Virus record (IMG/VR): IMGVR_UViG_3300026484_000110
Source of the DNA: a virus
Length of the DNA stretch: 64,000 nucleotides
Reading direction: 5' to 3' (one strand)
A program made the position numbers and the translations under genes. A model generated the notes under the pieces. It ran no database searches, was not told where the DNA came from, and saw only the letters and a program-made list of their open reading frames with translations. Shown here one piece after another: positions 27,178 through 37,166 of the stretch; within the stretch, counting starts at the first letter, position 1, and every line of letters starts with the position of its first letter.

Positions 27178-27558
27178 CTATTTTTTATTTTTTAAAGATT
27201 TTTCTATTAATTCTACAATATTTACCTCTTCTAAATAGAAATTATTTTTATAATTATATTCGTAAGCCTCAAATTGAGTTATTGAATGTAATTCTCTATT
27301 TACGGCCAATAGATATTTTTTACTTTTTTTATCGTAGACTATTTTAGCTTTTACTGGTAATTCTAACCATAGCATAATTAATAAACTTAATTCATATTCT
27401 TCTATAAATTTTTTACCTGCAGGACATTTCTCTAAATTTTTCATTGCTATGTGAAATTCTCTTATTTTGTCTTTACCAGTCATCGCGTCACCTATAGCTC
27501 CTAATACCTCTAGTAATCCATCTAAAAAACCTTCATTTCCAGTTACTATGTTTTTCAT
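27178..27558 (-). CDS. probable head protein with short propeptide (126 aa)
   Basis: N-terminal VTGNE|GF matches the S/A/G-X-E processing pattern. Confidence 0.5.
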   Translation of the reverse strand: MKNIVTGNEGFLDGLLEVLGAIGDAMTGKDKIREFHIAMKNLEKCPAGKKFIEEYELSLLIMLWLELPVKAKIVYDKKSKKYLLAVNRELHSITQFEAYEYNYKNNFYLEEVNIVELIEKSLKNKK

Positions 27559-27641
27559 CTTTGCTCCTTTAAATCTTAATGTTTCACATCATTTTTAAAA
27601 CATTTACATTTTCTGAATGTAAAAAATAATAAAGGTAAGGA

Positions 27642-29507
27642 ATGATGGTAAGTGAGGAAAAAATAAATGAATATTTAAAAGAACTAGAACATGACAATAT
27701 TTTCTTAAAACCTGTAAATTCTGAAATATATGAAAAATTAAGTAAAGAGGAACATAGAGATTTAGTTAAAAGAATTATATCTAGCAGGTATAACAATTAT
27801 GAGGAATATAAGTTATTTAAAGATACAAAATTATCCACAATTTTAAGTAGACCGTTTATGAGTAGGTTAATAGGAATACAAGATGCCAGCAATGCTATAA
27901 ATGAGGTAATCGAAAATAATGGTTTTATTTTACATATATGTGATTACGATGTAGATGGAGTAACATCAGGTGCTATTGGATACAAAATGTATAAAAATCT
28001 TTTTGAACATACTAATTTTGAAATAATGGTAAATCGTAGAGAGTGGAGTAATGGTATAAATAATACAATAGTAAATAAAATATTAGAATTAAGCAAAACT
28101 AGAAAAATAGACTTAATAATTACTTCTGATCACGGTAGCCATGATAAAGACAGATTAAAGATATTAAAAGATAAGTTAAATTGTAAAATAGTAGTAACAG
28201 ACCATCATCTGTTTGATGAAAAAGATAGCGTACAGTCAGTAGTTGATGGTTTTGTAAATCCACAAAGAAACGATAATAAAGATTTAAAACAAATTACTGG
28301 TGCTAATGTATTATACTTTACGTTACTTTATAGTTATTTAGATTATATTACTAAACACCCAGAGTATAAAACAATCGTAAATAAAGATATTGTAAATATA
28401 AACACATTAACAAAATTAGATTATATATATTATCTTTTATCATATGTAGCTATGACAATTATCTCTGATGTAGTGGATGTTAAATTCTATGTTAATCGCA
28501 AACTTCTGATAAAAGGTTTATCTACTATAAATAGTAAAACTGTCATTCATGAAGTATTCTGGGAATTAGCAAAAGAAAGACTATCTACTAGTTATTTTAT
28601 CGATGAAACAGTATTAGGTTTTGATATTGTTCCAGCTTTAAATAGTGCTGGTAGAATAGATAATCCTAGATTGGCATATGAACTTTTAATAACTGAACAT
28701 AAAGAAAAGGCTATAGAATTTGAGGATAATATCTTAGAACTAAATAATAAAAGAAAAGACATACAAAATACAGCTATGTTAAGAGAGGATATTTTGGAGT
28801 ATAAATCAGATAGAGTATATGTAGCTTTAATAAAAGATAGCGAAGGCGTACAGGGTAATATTGCTAATAACATTTTGTTTAATAGTAATTATAGTGTGGT
28901 AATTTGTTTTACAGAACAGGTAAATGAAAGAGGTAAAATATTTATAGGTTCAGGTAGATTATCTGGCAATGGAAATTTAAAAGAATTGTTAGATAAAATA
29001 AACGAAGAAAAGGATATCATTATTGATTATGGTGGACATAAACAAGCATGCGGTATTAAAATAAAACCTAAATTAAAAGAATTTTTTAAATCAATAAACA
29101 AATTAGTAAATGAACATGATATTAAAAAAGAAGATAAACTCTTCATAGACGAAGTAATTTATAGTAATAGAAAATTGTTTACTAGTCTTTTTGATGTAAA
29201 AGTAGCAGGACCATATGGTATGGGTTATCCTAAACCATTATTTGTATCTGATGTTTATCTACATAGTTTTAGAATATTTACTAAGAAGAATAAAAAATAT
29301 TTAAATGCTAAGGTATTGTTGAGTCCTATTTCCGATTTTAAAGTAAATTTATTTTATTCACTTACTAAAAACGATATAGAAAATAATCTGCATGATGAAA
29401 TAAAAAATGTAAAGAAACTTAGGTTGGTTTATACAATATCTATTAATACATATATGAGTAACAATCAGATATTGTTAAATGTTGAAAAATTAGACATACT
29501 GGAGTAG
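27642..29507 (+). CDS. recJ: RecJ-like DHH/DHHA1 single-stranded DNA exonuclease
   Basis: DYDVDG, ITSDHG, VTDHH, LNSAGR, GSGR, YGGHKQACG. Confidence 0.88.
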   Translation: MMVSEEKINEYLKELEHDNIFLKPVNSEIYEKLSKEEHRDLVKRIISSRYNNYEEYKLFKDTKLSTILSRPFMSRLIGIQDASNAINEVIENNGFILHICDYDVDGVTSGAIGYKMYKNLFEHTNFEIMVNRREWSNGINNTIVNKILELSKTRKIDLIITSDHGSHDKDRLKILKDKLNCKIVVTDHHLFDEKDSVQSVVDGFVNPQRNDNKDLKQITGANVLYFTLLYSYLDYITKHPEYKTIVNKDIVNINTLTKLDYIYYLLSYVAMTIISDVVDVKFYVNRKLLIKGLSTINSKTVIHEVFWELAKERLSTSYFIDETVLGFDIVPALNSAGRIDNPRLAYELLITEHKEKAIEFEDNILELNNKRKDIQNTAMLREDILEYKSDRVYVALIKDSEGVQGNIANNILFNSNYSVVICFTEQVNERGKIFIGSGRLSGNGNLKELLDKINEEKDIIIDYGGHKQACGIKIKPKLKEFFKSINKLVNEHDIKKEDKLFIDEVIYSNRKLFTSLFDVKVAGPYGMGYPKPLFVSDVYLHSFRIFTKKNKKYLNAKVLLSPISDFKVNLFYSLTKNDIENNLHDEIKNVKKLRLVYTISINTYMSNNQILLNVEKLDILE

Positions 29508-29525
29508 TATCTACTACTCCAGTAT
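29496..29525 (+). terminator. hairpin overlapping recJ stop
   Basis: 14-bp stem ATACTGGAGTAGTA/TACTACTCCAGTAT. Confidence 0.65.
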
Positions 29526-29533
29526 AATAAAAT

Positions 29534-29690
29534 TTTGAGTACGGGCATCTTAAATATTTAATTTTAAATAACATATGTAGTCTCTTTATTTTTTTTTACA
29601 ACTTTTAGCATATAGCATTATACCTATAACATCCCCTAAAAATGAAAATCTCTTAGTAAGGTAATGAGAACTATTAAACCCGTACTCAAA
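29534..29690. other. intergenic structured element closed by a 12-bp stem
   Basis: TTTGAGTACGGG/CCCGTACTCAAA; contains a 20-mer also found in the chmA leader. Confidence 0.55.
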
Positions 29691-29728
29691 GAAAAGATAG
29701 AATGAATTAATAATATTAAGGAGAAATT

Positions 29729-31744
29729 ATGGATATTCTTAGTAAGTATGGAGTAGAAAATACCACAATAGGTTTCGAATCATTAATAAAACCTCAACTA
29801 GATGACTGGTTTAGTGTTTTTTTATTGGATTGGGTAAATAAAGTAAGAGGAAAAATAAAATCTAGTAAAAAAATGGAAGACACATTTAAAGAATTAGAGG
29901 ATAACATAGAAAAAAGATTTGGAATACCGGTAAAATGTAGATTGGCTAATCTAGATGATTTTGGTACAATTACTATAGGTGTTTTAGCTGATTCTTTAGA
30001 TAAAGGATTAGTACCAGGTGAAGTTATTAAAGAGTGGAGTAAAGGGGATAAAACAATTAAATATGTGATGGAAATGTATAAAGAATTAAAGAAACTAAAT
30101 TTAGAAATAGATTTTGATAAAGCGGTTATAAAAGGTCTTAAGAAAGATATGAAATCTTTATTGTTCATAGGTAAAAATCTTTTTAATGCTCCTACTGTAT
30201 CTGCTGAAGAATACGTAGCAATTATACTGCATGAAATAGGGCATATGTTTACTTTTATAGAAGTACAGGGTAGAGCTGTTAGAAATACTACTGAATTACT
30301 AGAAGCTATAATTTTATATAAATCAGGAAAGCCTGATAAAGCTATGAAAAATGTTTATAAAATTACTAATTCTAAACCAGATGATGATAAAGTAAACGTG
30401 ATGTATAACTTAATTAATAAGTTTAATAACTCTATTTTACCAGTTACACAGCAATTAGGTAATCCTGAAGGTATGTTTTCTGATTCTGAAGTTTTGGCGG
30501 ATAGTTTTGCTGTTAAATTTGGTTTTGGTAAATATCTAGCTACCGCTTTATCAGATTTTTATAAATCTTATAATTTTAAAAGAGAATATTTAAAATTAAT
30601 TTTTAACAATCTAATTAAACTTATTGGAAGTGTTTTATTAGCTTCTAGCGTTGGCATAACTATAATTAGTGGTTTTGGACAAATTGTAATAGGAGCATTG
30701 TTGATTATATTCTTAGACATGGTCTTCTTAATGCTTACAGCTAATACTTATAGAACATATGATAAATTACACGAACGTCTTGAAAAAATGAAACTAGAAA
30801 TGATACGAATGTTACGTACTTATAATTTAGATAAAAAATATGTGAAAAAAATAATATCCGATATTGAAGATGTTGATTTTATTGTAAAAAAAGTATTTGA
30901 AGAAAGATCATTTAGAGGCTTCATACTAGCAGCTAGTAATATATTAAATATGGGACTAGAGTTAAATAATGAGAAACAAGTTAAATTATTAATAAGGAAG
31001 TTAATAGATAATGATTTACATTATTTGTCTGCAAAACTAGAAGTAGGTAATGAAGAATTTGTATATAAACTACCTGATAATAGAATTTATGAAATACTGA
31101 ACGATGAAGATAAAAATTCAGTATCTGAGAAATTAAATAACGTTTTAAAAGATTTGGGTGTAGCTATAGACTTTGAAGATAGACAGATAATTACCGAAGA
31201 ATATATAGTATTAAATAGTGGTTATTTTTCAATAGCTCTGACTAATAAAGAAACCAATGAAGTAATTATTATAACAGTAGACGGAATGAAAAATAAATGG
31301 TTATCTATGAATCCATATATTAAGTTATTAGATGTTATAAAGATACCAATTAATGAAATTAAAAACATATATATAATTAGAACTGAAAAGTTAAATACAT
31401 TTCAAACATTATCTAAAGAAGAAAAGGAAGAATTAAATAAGGTAATAAGTGAAATAGAATCCATAAGAAATAAAATATTCGATGATTTTGGCTCATTACG
31501 TATAGATAAGATGTTACCTATGTTTATTAATTATATAGAAGAAAAAGATTTACCTAGTGAGATAAAAGATCAATTTGAAGTTTTATTAGAAATGACTAAA
31601 ACACTTAATTTAACAGAAGATGATGATGTAGTTCTCGATATACACGGAGGTAATTTTGCTATAAATAGGGATAATAAAATTGTAATTTTAGATCCAGTTT
31701 ATAATCGTAGAGAGTATGGTAAGTTAGTACCTAATGATTACTAG
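29729..31744 (+). CDS. probable head protein: HEXXH metallopeptidase-like domain fused to a C-terminal kinase-like domain
   Basis: IGFE|S propeptide; IILHEIGH; E..ADSFA; internal VGNE|E; LNSGYFS; DIHGGNF..ILDP. Confidence 0.65.
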   Translation: MDILSKYGVENTTIGFESLIKPQLDDWFSVFLLDWVNKVRGKIKSSKKMEDTFKELEDNIEKRFGIPVKCRLANLDDFGTITIGVLADSLDKGLVPGEVIKEWSKGDKTIKYVMEMYKELKKLNLEIDFDKAVIKGLKKDMKSLLFIGKNLFNAPTVSAEEYVAIILHEIGHMFTFIEVQGRAVRNTTELLEAIILYKSGKPDKAMKNVYKITNSKPDDDKVNVMYNLINKFNNSILPVTQQLGNPEGMFSDSEVLADSFAVKFGFGKYLATALSDFYKSYNFKREYLKLIFNNLIKLIGSVLLASSVGITIISGFGQIVIGALLIIFLDMVFLMLTANTYRTYDKLHERLEKMKLEMIRMLRTYNLDKKYVKKIISDIEDVDFIVKKVFEERSFRGFILAASNILNMGLELNNEKQVKLLIRKLIDNDLHYLSAKLEVGNEEFVYKLPDNRIYEILNDEDKNSVSEKLNNVLKDLGVAIDFEDRQIITEEYIVLNSGYFSIALTNKETNEVIIITVDGMKNKWLSMNPYIKLLDVIKIPINEIKNIYIIRTEKLNTFQTLSKEEKEELNKVISEIESIRNKIFDDFGSLRIDKMLPMFINYIEEKDLPSEIKDQFEVLLEMTKTLNLTEDDDVVLDIHGGNFAINRDNKIVILDPVYNRREYGKLVPNDY

Positions 31745-31778
31745 GAGGCAAACTCCTGGTAATCTAAATATTTTTACT

Positions 31779-31791
31779 TATATATTATTTA
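31779..31791 (+). promoter_or_regulatory. phage early promoter motif (phuZ operon)
   Basis: TATATATTATTTA. Confidence 0.65.
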
Positions 31792-31819
31792 GAGGATAAA
31801 AACAATAAAGGAGTCTAAA

Positions 31820-32539
31820 ATGAAGAATATTGTGTATGAAATTGTCCTAACAAAAACATTAGCCAATAAGTTTAGAACAGAATTGTATATTAACAGACCT
31901 AATGATGGATTTCAGTTATTGTTAAATTACTGGGAGGATTATAACGTTTACGAGGTAGTAGAAAAAGCTCTTATTGATTATTTAGATTTAGTTGTCCTAA
32001 ATGATAACTCTGTTGAAAATACTTTGGACTTAACTAGTTTAGCTGTTTTTGGTAAGTATAATCTAAAAGATTTAGTTATCCAAATGGTTAGGTCCAACAA
32101 TATTAAAACTCTAATGACAAATTTCTCGATTGAACTTTTAGAGAAAATGGTAAGAAATATATCTGGTATGACATATGAAAACCGGGATATTGTATGTTAT
32201 ATGAATTCAGATACAAATATAGAAACATTTAAGGAAGAAATGTTTGAAGATATAGTATTAGATGCAAAAGAAGAAAGTGAAGAATTAGGTAAGAAAGTGC
32301 AAGAATTGTTGGAAAAATATGTTTATGTAAACAGAACTTGCAAAGACGGTATGTATGTAATAAAAGTAGAATATAGTAAAAACGAATATTTAGATGTAAT
32401 TCTGGTATTGTTTTTTGCATGGTTACAAGGTTGTGCATCCGATAGGTTTGAAATAGTATCAGTTGTCAAATATTTTACTACAAATCTAATTAATCTAAGT
32501 ATTGAAAATCTTAAATTAAAACTAAACAATAAAAAATAA
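31820..32539 (+). CDS. hypothetical early protein (239 aa)
   Basis: RBS AAGGAG. Confidence 0.75.
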   Translation: MKNIVYEIVLTKTLANKFRTELYINRPNDGFQLLLNYWEDYNVYEVVEKALIDYLDLVVLNDNSVENTLDLTSLAVFGKYNLKDLVIQMVRSNNIKTLMTNFSIELLEKMVRNISGMTYENRDIVCYMNSDTNIETFKEEMFEDIVLDAKEESEELGKKVQELLEKYVYVNRTCKDGMYVIKVEYSKNEYLDVILVLFFAWLQGCASDRFEIVSVVKYFTTNLINLSIENLKLKLNNKK

Positions 32540-32561
32540 AATAAAACTAAAAGGAGTAAAA

Positions 32562-32813
32562 ATGAATAGAAAAATTTTTGAATTGGATTTCAGCAAATGT
32601 GATAAATATGAGTTAGTAGTTAATGATTCAGTATTTAATATTAAATTTGAAGATGGTAAATTAAACATAACATTTAATAAAGGTAATGTATCTGATTTTG
32701 GTTTAGTAGAAAAAGTAAATAAAGTAAAACGTGAAAAAGTTAAGTTCTTTGTTGAAACAGAAGATGAAATAACATACGCCAGTATAAAATGTAAAAAAGC
32801 AAAAGGAGAGTAA
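32562..32813 (+). CDS. hypothetical protein (83 aa)
   Basis: RBS AAGGAG. Confidence 0.7.
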   Translation: MNRKIFELDFSKCDKYELVVNDSVFNIKFEDGKLNITFNKGNVSDFGLVEKVNKVKREKVKFFVETEDEITYASIKCKKAKGE

Positions 32814-32814
32814 T

Positions 32815-33849
32815 ATGAAAGGTAAAATGATTCTTTATGGTATTGGTGGTGCCGGGATTAACATTGTATCTGATATAAAAAATGACCTAATGAATTTAGG
32901 AGAAGGATTTTCAGACATTAGTGTTAGGACAATAGATACCACTGATAAAACAGTTAAAAAGTATGATGATTTAGCGGATACATTTTATAAAGTAGAGTCT
33001 AATAAGGTCTCTACTAATGGTTTAGACGGCATGGCAGGCGAAAGAAAAAATCTAGATGCAGTGAAATCTATTCAAACATCTATGAAGAAATATCTAGATG
33101 AGGTGGTAGGTGAGAATAAGAAAAATGAGTATCATATTTTAATCTCGTCAGCATCAGGTGGTTCAGGGAGTCTTATAAACAGTATTCTGTTATCCATGTT
33201 AAGACAACATGATTACAACGTATTACCAGTAATTGTTGGTGATGAATCTACATTGTTAAATATTACAAATACAATTAACACAATTGTGGGATTTAACAAC
33301 ATTGCTAGAAAAACAAATTCGGCATTAGGTGTATTCTACATTAGCAACAGTATAAATGGAGTCACTACTCCTAAATATGAAAAAGAAGTAAATCTTGATA
33401 TAAAGAGATATCTATCGGTAGTATCTATGTTTGTATCTGGAGATGTGCAAGATATAGACCAACAAGATATGAATAACTTCTTCATACCGTCTAGATATAA
33501 AAGTTTTGATGTAGAGCCAGGAATTTACAGATTAGGTACAAAAGTATCTAAGATGGATGATGGTAATGCAATTATTGTCAGAACAGCAATAATAAAAGGT
33601 AAGGATTTTACTATCGACTTACCATTATTGCATAATAAAGTGGGTACAGTAATGGATACACATATTGATGTATTTGGAAATAAATCATTTCCGGTATTCC
33701 TAACTTTAAAGAAAAACGAATTCAATACGGTAGTTGAAACATTACAAGAAGATTATAAGAAACTAGAGGCTATTAAAAATACAAAATCGTCTACATTAGA
33801 AAAATTATCTGATTCCGTAGATGATGAGGAATTCGGCTTAGTACTATAG
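32815..33849 (+). CDS. phuZ: phage tubulin PhuZ
   Basis: YGIGGAGINI, DTTD, SASGGSGS tubulin signature, DQQDMNNF, acidic C-terminal tail. Confidence 0.92.
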   Translation: MKGKMILYGIGGAGINIVSDIKNDLMNLGEGFSDISVRTIDTTDKTVKKYDDLADTFYKVESNKVSTNGLDGMAGERKNLDAVKSIQTSMKKYLDEVVGENKKNEYHILISSASGGSGSLINSILLSMLRQHDYNVLPVIVGDESTLLNITNTINTIVGFNNIARKTNSALGVFYISNSINGVTTPKYEKEVNLDIKRYLSVVSMFVSGDVQDIDQQDMNNFFIPSRYKSFDVEPGIYRLGTKVSKMDDGNAIIVRTAIIKGKDFTIDLPLLHNKVGTVMDTHIDVFGNKSFPVFLTLKKNEFNTVVETLQEDYKKLEAIKNTKSSTLEKLSDSVDDEEFGLVL

Positions 33850-33866
33850 GGTAAACCTATAGTACT
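33840..33866 (+). terminator. intrinsic terminator overlapping phuZ stop
   Basis: AGTACTATAGG/CCTATAGTACT plus T tract. Confidence 0.75.
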
Positions 33867-33910
33867 GTTTTTCATTTTTAGTCTCTTAGTTGACTGCCTA
33901 AGGAGGTATT

Positions 33911-34219
33911 ATGGAAAATTATGGAATAGTAATAGATATGTCTACTCTGAGTCCTAATCTATATAACCAGGAACTATACGATTGGTTTATCAGAAAGACA
34001 TTAAAAGAACAGTTTCCATTTATAAATTTAGAGAATAAAAGTTTTCCAGATGAAACAGTTTTTAATAAATTATATTTAGAAAATATTAATCAGTTTTTAG
34101 TAATAGAAAATAGAATTTTTGATATGTTGGCATCTTTAGGTATCCATATTCCGGATAGAGGTAAAATTATGACAAGAGATGATTATGTAATTATATTTTT
34201 AGGAGAAAAAACATGGTAA
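33911..34219 (+). CDS. hypothetical protein (102 aa)
   Basis: AGGAGG RBS. Confidence 0.75.
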   Translation: MENYGIVIDMSTLSPNLYNQELYDWFIRKTLKEQFPFINLENKSFPDETVFNKLYLENINQFLVIENRIFDMLASLGIHIPDRGKIMTRDDYVIIFLGEKTW

Positions 34220-34971
34220 CAGAATATAGAAGACCCATAAACTTAAAATTAAGAATGGAAGATAATGTGTTAATAGATGAATCTGAATATTTTATTACAG
34301 AAATATTTACAATTCCTATACCAGCAATGGTATTGAATTTAGAAGATATTTTTAAAGATATATTTCCAGAAATATATATACGTGATGGTCTTTACCTACC
34401 TGAAAGTAAATTACCTATACTTGAATTTAATATGCCTTATAAAACAAATACAGGCGAAACAGTAGTTATTAATAGTTTAGAAGATTTAGAGGATGCATTT
34501 ACTAAGTATAGTTTTATAACGGTAAGTAATAAAACTATATTAAGTAAAGAAGCATTCCTAAGTATTAGAAATTTATTATCAGATAGGGTAACATATCCTG
34601 TAGTGCTTAGCGGTATAATTGATTTTATAATAGGTAATTTTCAGGTAGAAGAGAATCCTGAGTCAAATTTAATATTCGAAGACTTTATGGGTATTAGTAA
34701 TAATATTAAATTGTTACCACCGTATATCGAACAATACTACTCTGTATATGATTATATTTTAGGATTGGGAATTGTTAATCAAGATTATTTAAATTTAATT
34801 ATGGAAAGAGTAAAATACTTAGAAGATGTAATTTATAGTAAGTTAAGAGAAGATATCTTGTCTACATATAGGGCAAAAGTGAAAAATAGTTTTATCTATA
34901 TAGAAAAATTACCTAGTCCTAGTAGTAGAAGATATTTTTTAAACATGGAGAAACAAAAACAAGGAGTCTAA
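34213..34971 (+). CDS. hypothetical protein (252 aa)
   Basis: AGGAG RBS; coupled. Confidence 0.75.
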   Translation: MVTEYRRPINLKLRMEDNVLIDESEYFITEIFTIPIPAMVLNLEDIFKDIFPEIYIRDGLYLPESKLPILEFNMPYKTNTGETVVINSLEDLEDAFTKYSFITVSNKTILSKEAFLSIRNLLSDRVTYPVVLSGIIDFIIGNFQVEENPESNLIFEDFMGISNNIKLLPPYIEQYYSVYDYILGLGIVNQDYLNLIMERVKYLEDVIYSKLREDILSTYRAKVKNSFIYIEKLPSPSSRRYFLNMEKQKQGV

Positions 34972-34972
34972 A

Positions 34973-35551
34973 ATGTTTAATTATTTATTTAGTGTAGAAA
35001 AACTGAGTGAATTAGTGAACACGTTAAAAGGTATAACTACCATTAGAGGTGTAGGTTTTGTCGAATTAAAGTTTATAGATAACTATGCTAATTTATTAGC
35101 AAATGAAATAGAAATTATGTATAGAACTGATTATATTAATGACATTGCTTCGGTCTGTAGAACAGCCCTAATAGATAGTCTTTATGTATCTCCTGATGAA
35201 CCGAGTGAATATATAGAAAATTTTTTCATGCAGTTTGATTATTGCTTAAATGACAGATTTTTAACTACATTAGTTTTCAATATTAACAAGGAAAGAATTA
35301 AGCAAATAATTTTAGATTTCTTAAGCAATGTACGGCATAGTATAGATATGTTTGTTAAATGTGATAAGGTAATTTCCAGAATGGATTGCATCGCAATTGT
35401 AGAGTCTCCAGAGAACATGGGACTGGTTACCGAAATAAATGGAAATCTACTATCTACTATTATACCAAATAAAAGTATAGGTATAATTTATGATGTTACA
35501 GATAATATTTTAAAAGTATTATACGTAGGAGAGATAAATGAAAATTCGTAG
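34973..35551 (+). CDS. hypothetical protein (192 aa)
   Basis: AAGGAG RBS. Confidence 0.75.
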   Translation: MFNYLFSVEKLSELVNTLKGITTIRGVGFVELKFIDNYANLLANEIEIMYRTDYINDIASVCRTALIDSLYVSPDEPSEYIENFFMQFDYCLNDRFLTTLVFNINKERIKQIILDFLSNVRHSIDMFVKCDKVISRMDCIAIVESPENMGLVTEINGNLLSTIIPNKSIGIIYDVTDNILKVLYVGEINENS

Positions 35552-35858
35552 AAAATTAAATCTCTCCTTTATTAAAGATTTTTATGGTAAAATAGTCCCT
35601 GGTTTAAAAACTGAAATAGCTTTAGCAAAAAAGTTTGAATATCCTAATTTTGCTACCACGTTAGATAACTTTATATTATTTTTGGAAAATAAATATGGAA
35701 TATCTCCTAAGTATGATGTTCTAACATTGTTTATAACATACTTAGAACATAGAATTATACCTGAATGCGATGATGTTAGTAAATATTTATTATCTATAAA
35801 GGTAGTAGATATTAATGAAAATTTTGAGGCTACTGTTGAAATAGAATACGAAGACTAA
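35538..35858 (+). CDS. hypothetical protein (106 aa)
   Basis: AGGAG RBS; coupled. Confidence 0.75.
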   Translation: MKIRRKLNLSFIKDFYGKIVPGLKTEIALAKKFEYPNFATTLDNFILFLENKYGISPKYDVLTLFITYLEHRIIPECDDVSKYLLSIKVVDINENFEATVEIEYED

Positions 35859-35869
35859 AGGAGTCTACT

Positions 35870-36313
35870 ATGGATAAAAAAATAATGTATGAGGATGAAT
35901 TTGGTGTATCAGTAATTGGAGTAGTAAATCTTGATTATACGTTGCTAATAAAAGAAGTAGAAGATTTTCTATTTAATTCGGATTTGAAAGATTACGCTAT
36001 AGAATTTAGTAATCTATTAGCAAATTCTATAATTGATTTTTATTTAAGCTATGACAACAATCTCCACAATATGGTAGAAGAACTAATATCCACTATTAAT
36101 GATGTTTTAGAAAAGAATAATAATAAATATAGTTATGAAATAAGATATATGATTAATGAAGATAAATTCAAAAGCGATTTAACTGCTTTTTTATATAATT
36201 CATTCTTTCTTAGAAATAATAAAATATTGAATTTAATAAAGCAGTCAGGATTTAATATATTTCCAGGTAAGGACTTAGGAAATAATATTAAAGAAATTTT
36301 ATTAGGAGTCTAA
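35870..36313 (+). CDS. hypothetical protein (147 aa)
   Basis: AAGGAG RBS. Confidence 0.75.
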   Translation: MDKKIMYEDEFGVSVIGVVNLDYTLLIKEVEDFLFNSDLKDYAIEFSNLLANSIIDFYLSYDNNLHNMVEELISTINDVLEKNNNKYSYEIRYMINEDKFKSDLTAFLYNSFFLRNNKILNLIKQSGFNIFPGKDLGNNIKEILLGV

Positions 36314-36314
36314 A

Positions 36315-36848
36315 ATGAGCAGAGATAAGGTTTTATTAAAAATTTTGTCCAGATTTAATTTATATAGCGAGGATTTGGAACCATACGTAATAGATGTATT
36401 AATAGATGAAATACTTGATATTGGAGAAATTGTCTATAAACCTATTAATACATATTTGATAGAGAACTACTTGTTAATTTATTTAAAAATGACCCCAAGA
36501 TTTCATGTTTTATCTCCTAAACATTTAACGTCTATCCTTAATATTCTTATAGAGAATTTTATAGTTGGTTTTTTAGATAAAAATCTATCTCTCGATTTAA
36601 AAAATATGATTCCTGGTTTAGCAGATGAGATTTTAGATACTATTGGGTATCCTAACAATAATAACTTTGTAGATAAAGATGATTTTATTAAATTGTTGTT
36701 AAATTTGGCAGATGATAAAATATTTAAAAAACTAATTCTAGATACTATAAGTATTCCTAATAGAAAGTTATTATTAGCAATCCCAACAAGATGGATAACT
36801 GATAAACAACTAGAAATACTCTTAGGAGTAGAAAGGAGTCTAAATTGA
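36315..36848 (+). CDS. hypothetical protein (177 aa)
   Basis: AGGAG RBS. Confidence 0.75.
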   Translation: MSRDKVLLKILSRFNLYSEDLEPYVIDVLIDEILDIGEIVYKPINTYLIENYLLIYLKMTPRFHVLSPKHLTSILNILIENFIVGFLDKNLSLDLKNMIPGLADEILDTIGYPNNNNFVDKDDFIKLLLNLADDKIFKKLILDTISIPNRKLLLAIPTRWITDKQLEILLGVERSLN

Positions 36849-37165
36849 TAACAGGTACGCTGGTTTTACCTATAGATGATAATCTTAGAAATTTATTTCA
36901 TAAATTAAATTTAACTAGTAGTAAAGATAAATTATATTTCTTTACTTTGCTTTTAGGAGCAATTACTAATGATAATTTTATTTTTACAGATATTGTTCGA
37001 ATTGTTAAAATTTTTGATAGACCTAGACAGGCTAGGCTTGTTTACAACTACGTAAAAAATTATCTAAAACCTATATTAAAATCGTATAATGTGAATAACG
37101 TAGTAGATATTGTAATAAATAAAAATTTGATTATAATTAAACACATTAATTCTGTAAGGAGATAA
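36845..37165 (+). CDS. hypothetical protein (106 aa)
   Basis: TTG start with AAGGAG RBS. Confidence 0.65.
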   Translation: MITGTLVLPIDDNLRNLFHKLNLTSSKDKLYFFTLLLGAITNDNFIFTDIVRIVKIFDRPRQARLVYNYVKNYLKPILKSYNVNNVVDIVINKNLIIIKHINSVRR

Positions 37166-37166
37166 A

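Noticed and set aside
33892-33903. GACTGCCTAAGG, identical to a 12-mer in both beta' introns
   Set aside because: Short, overlaps an RBS and has no other intron elements around it; probably chance.
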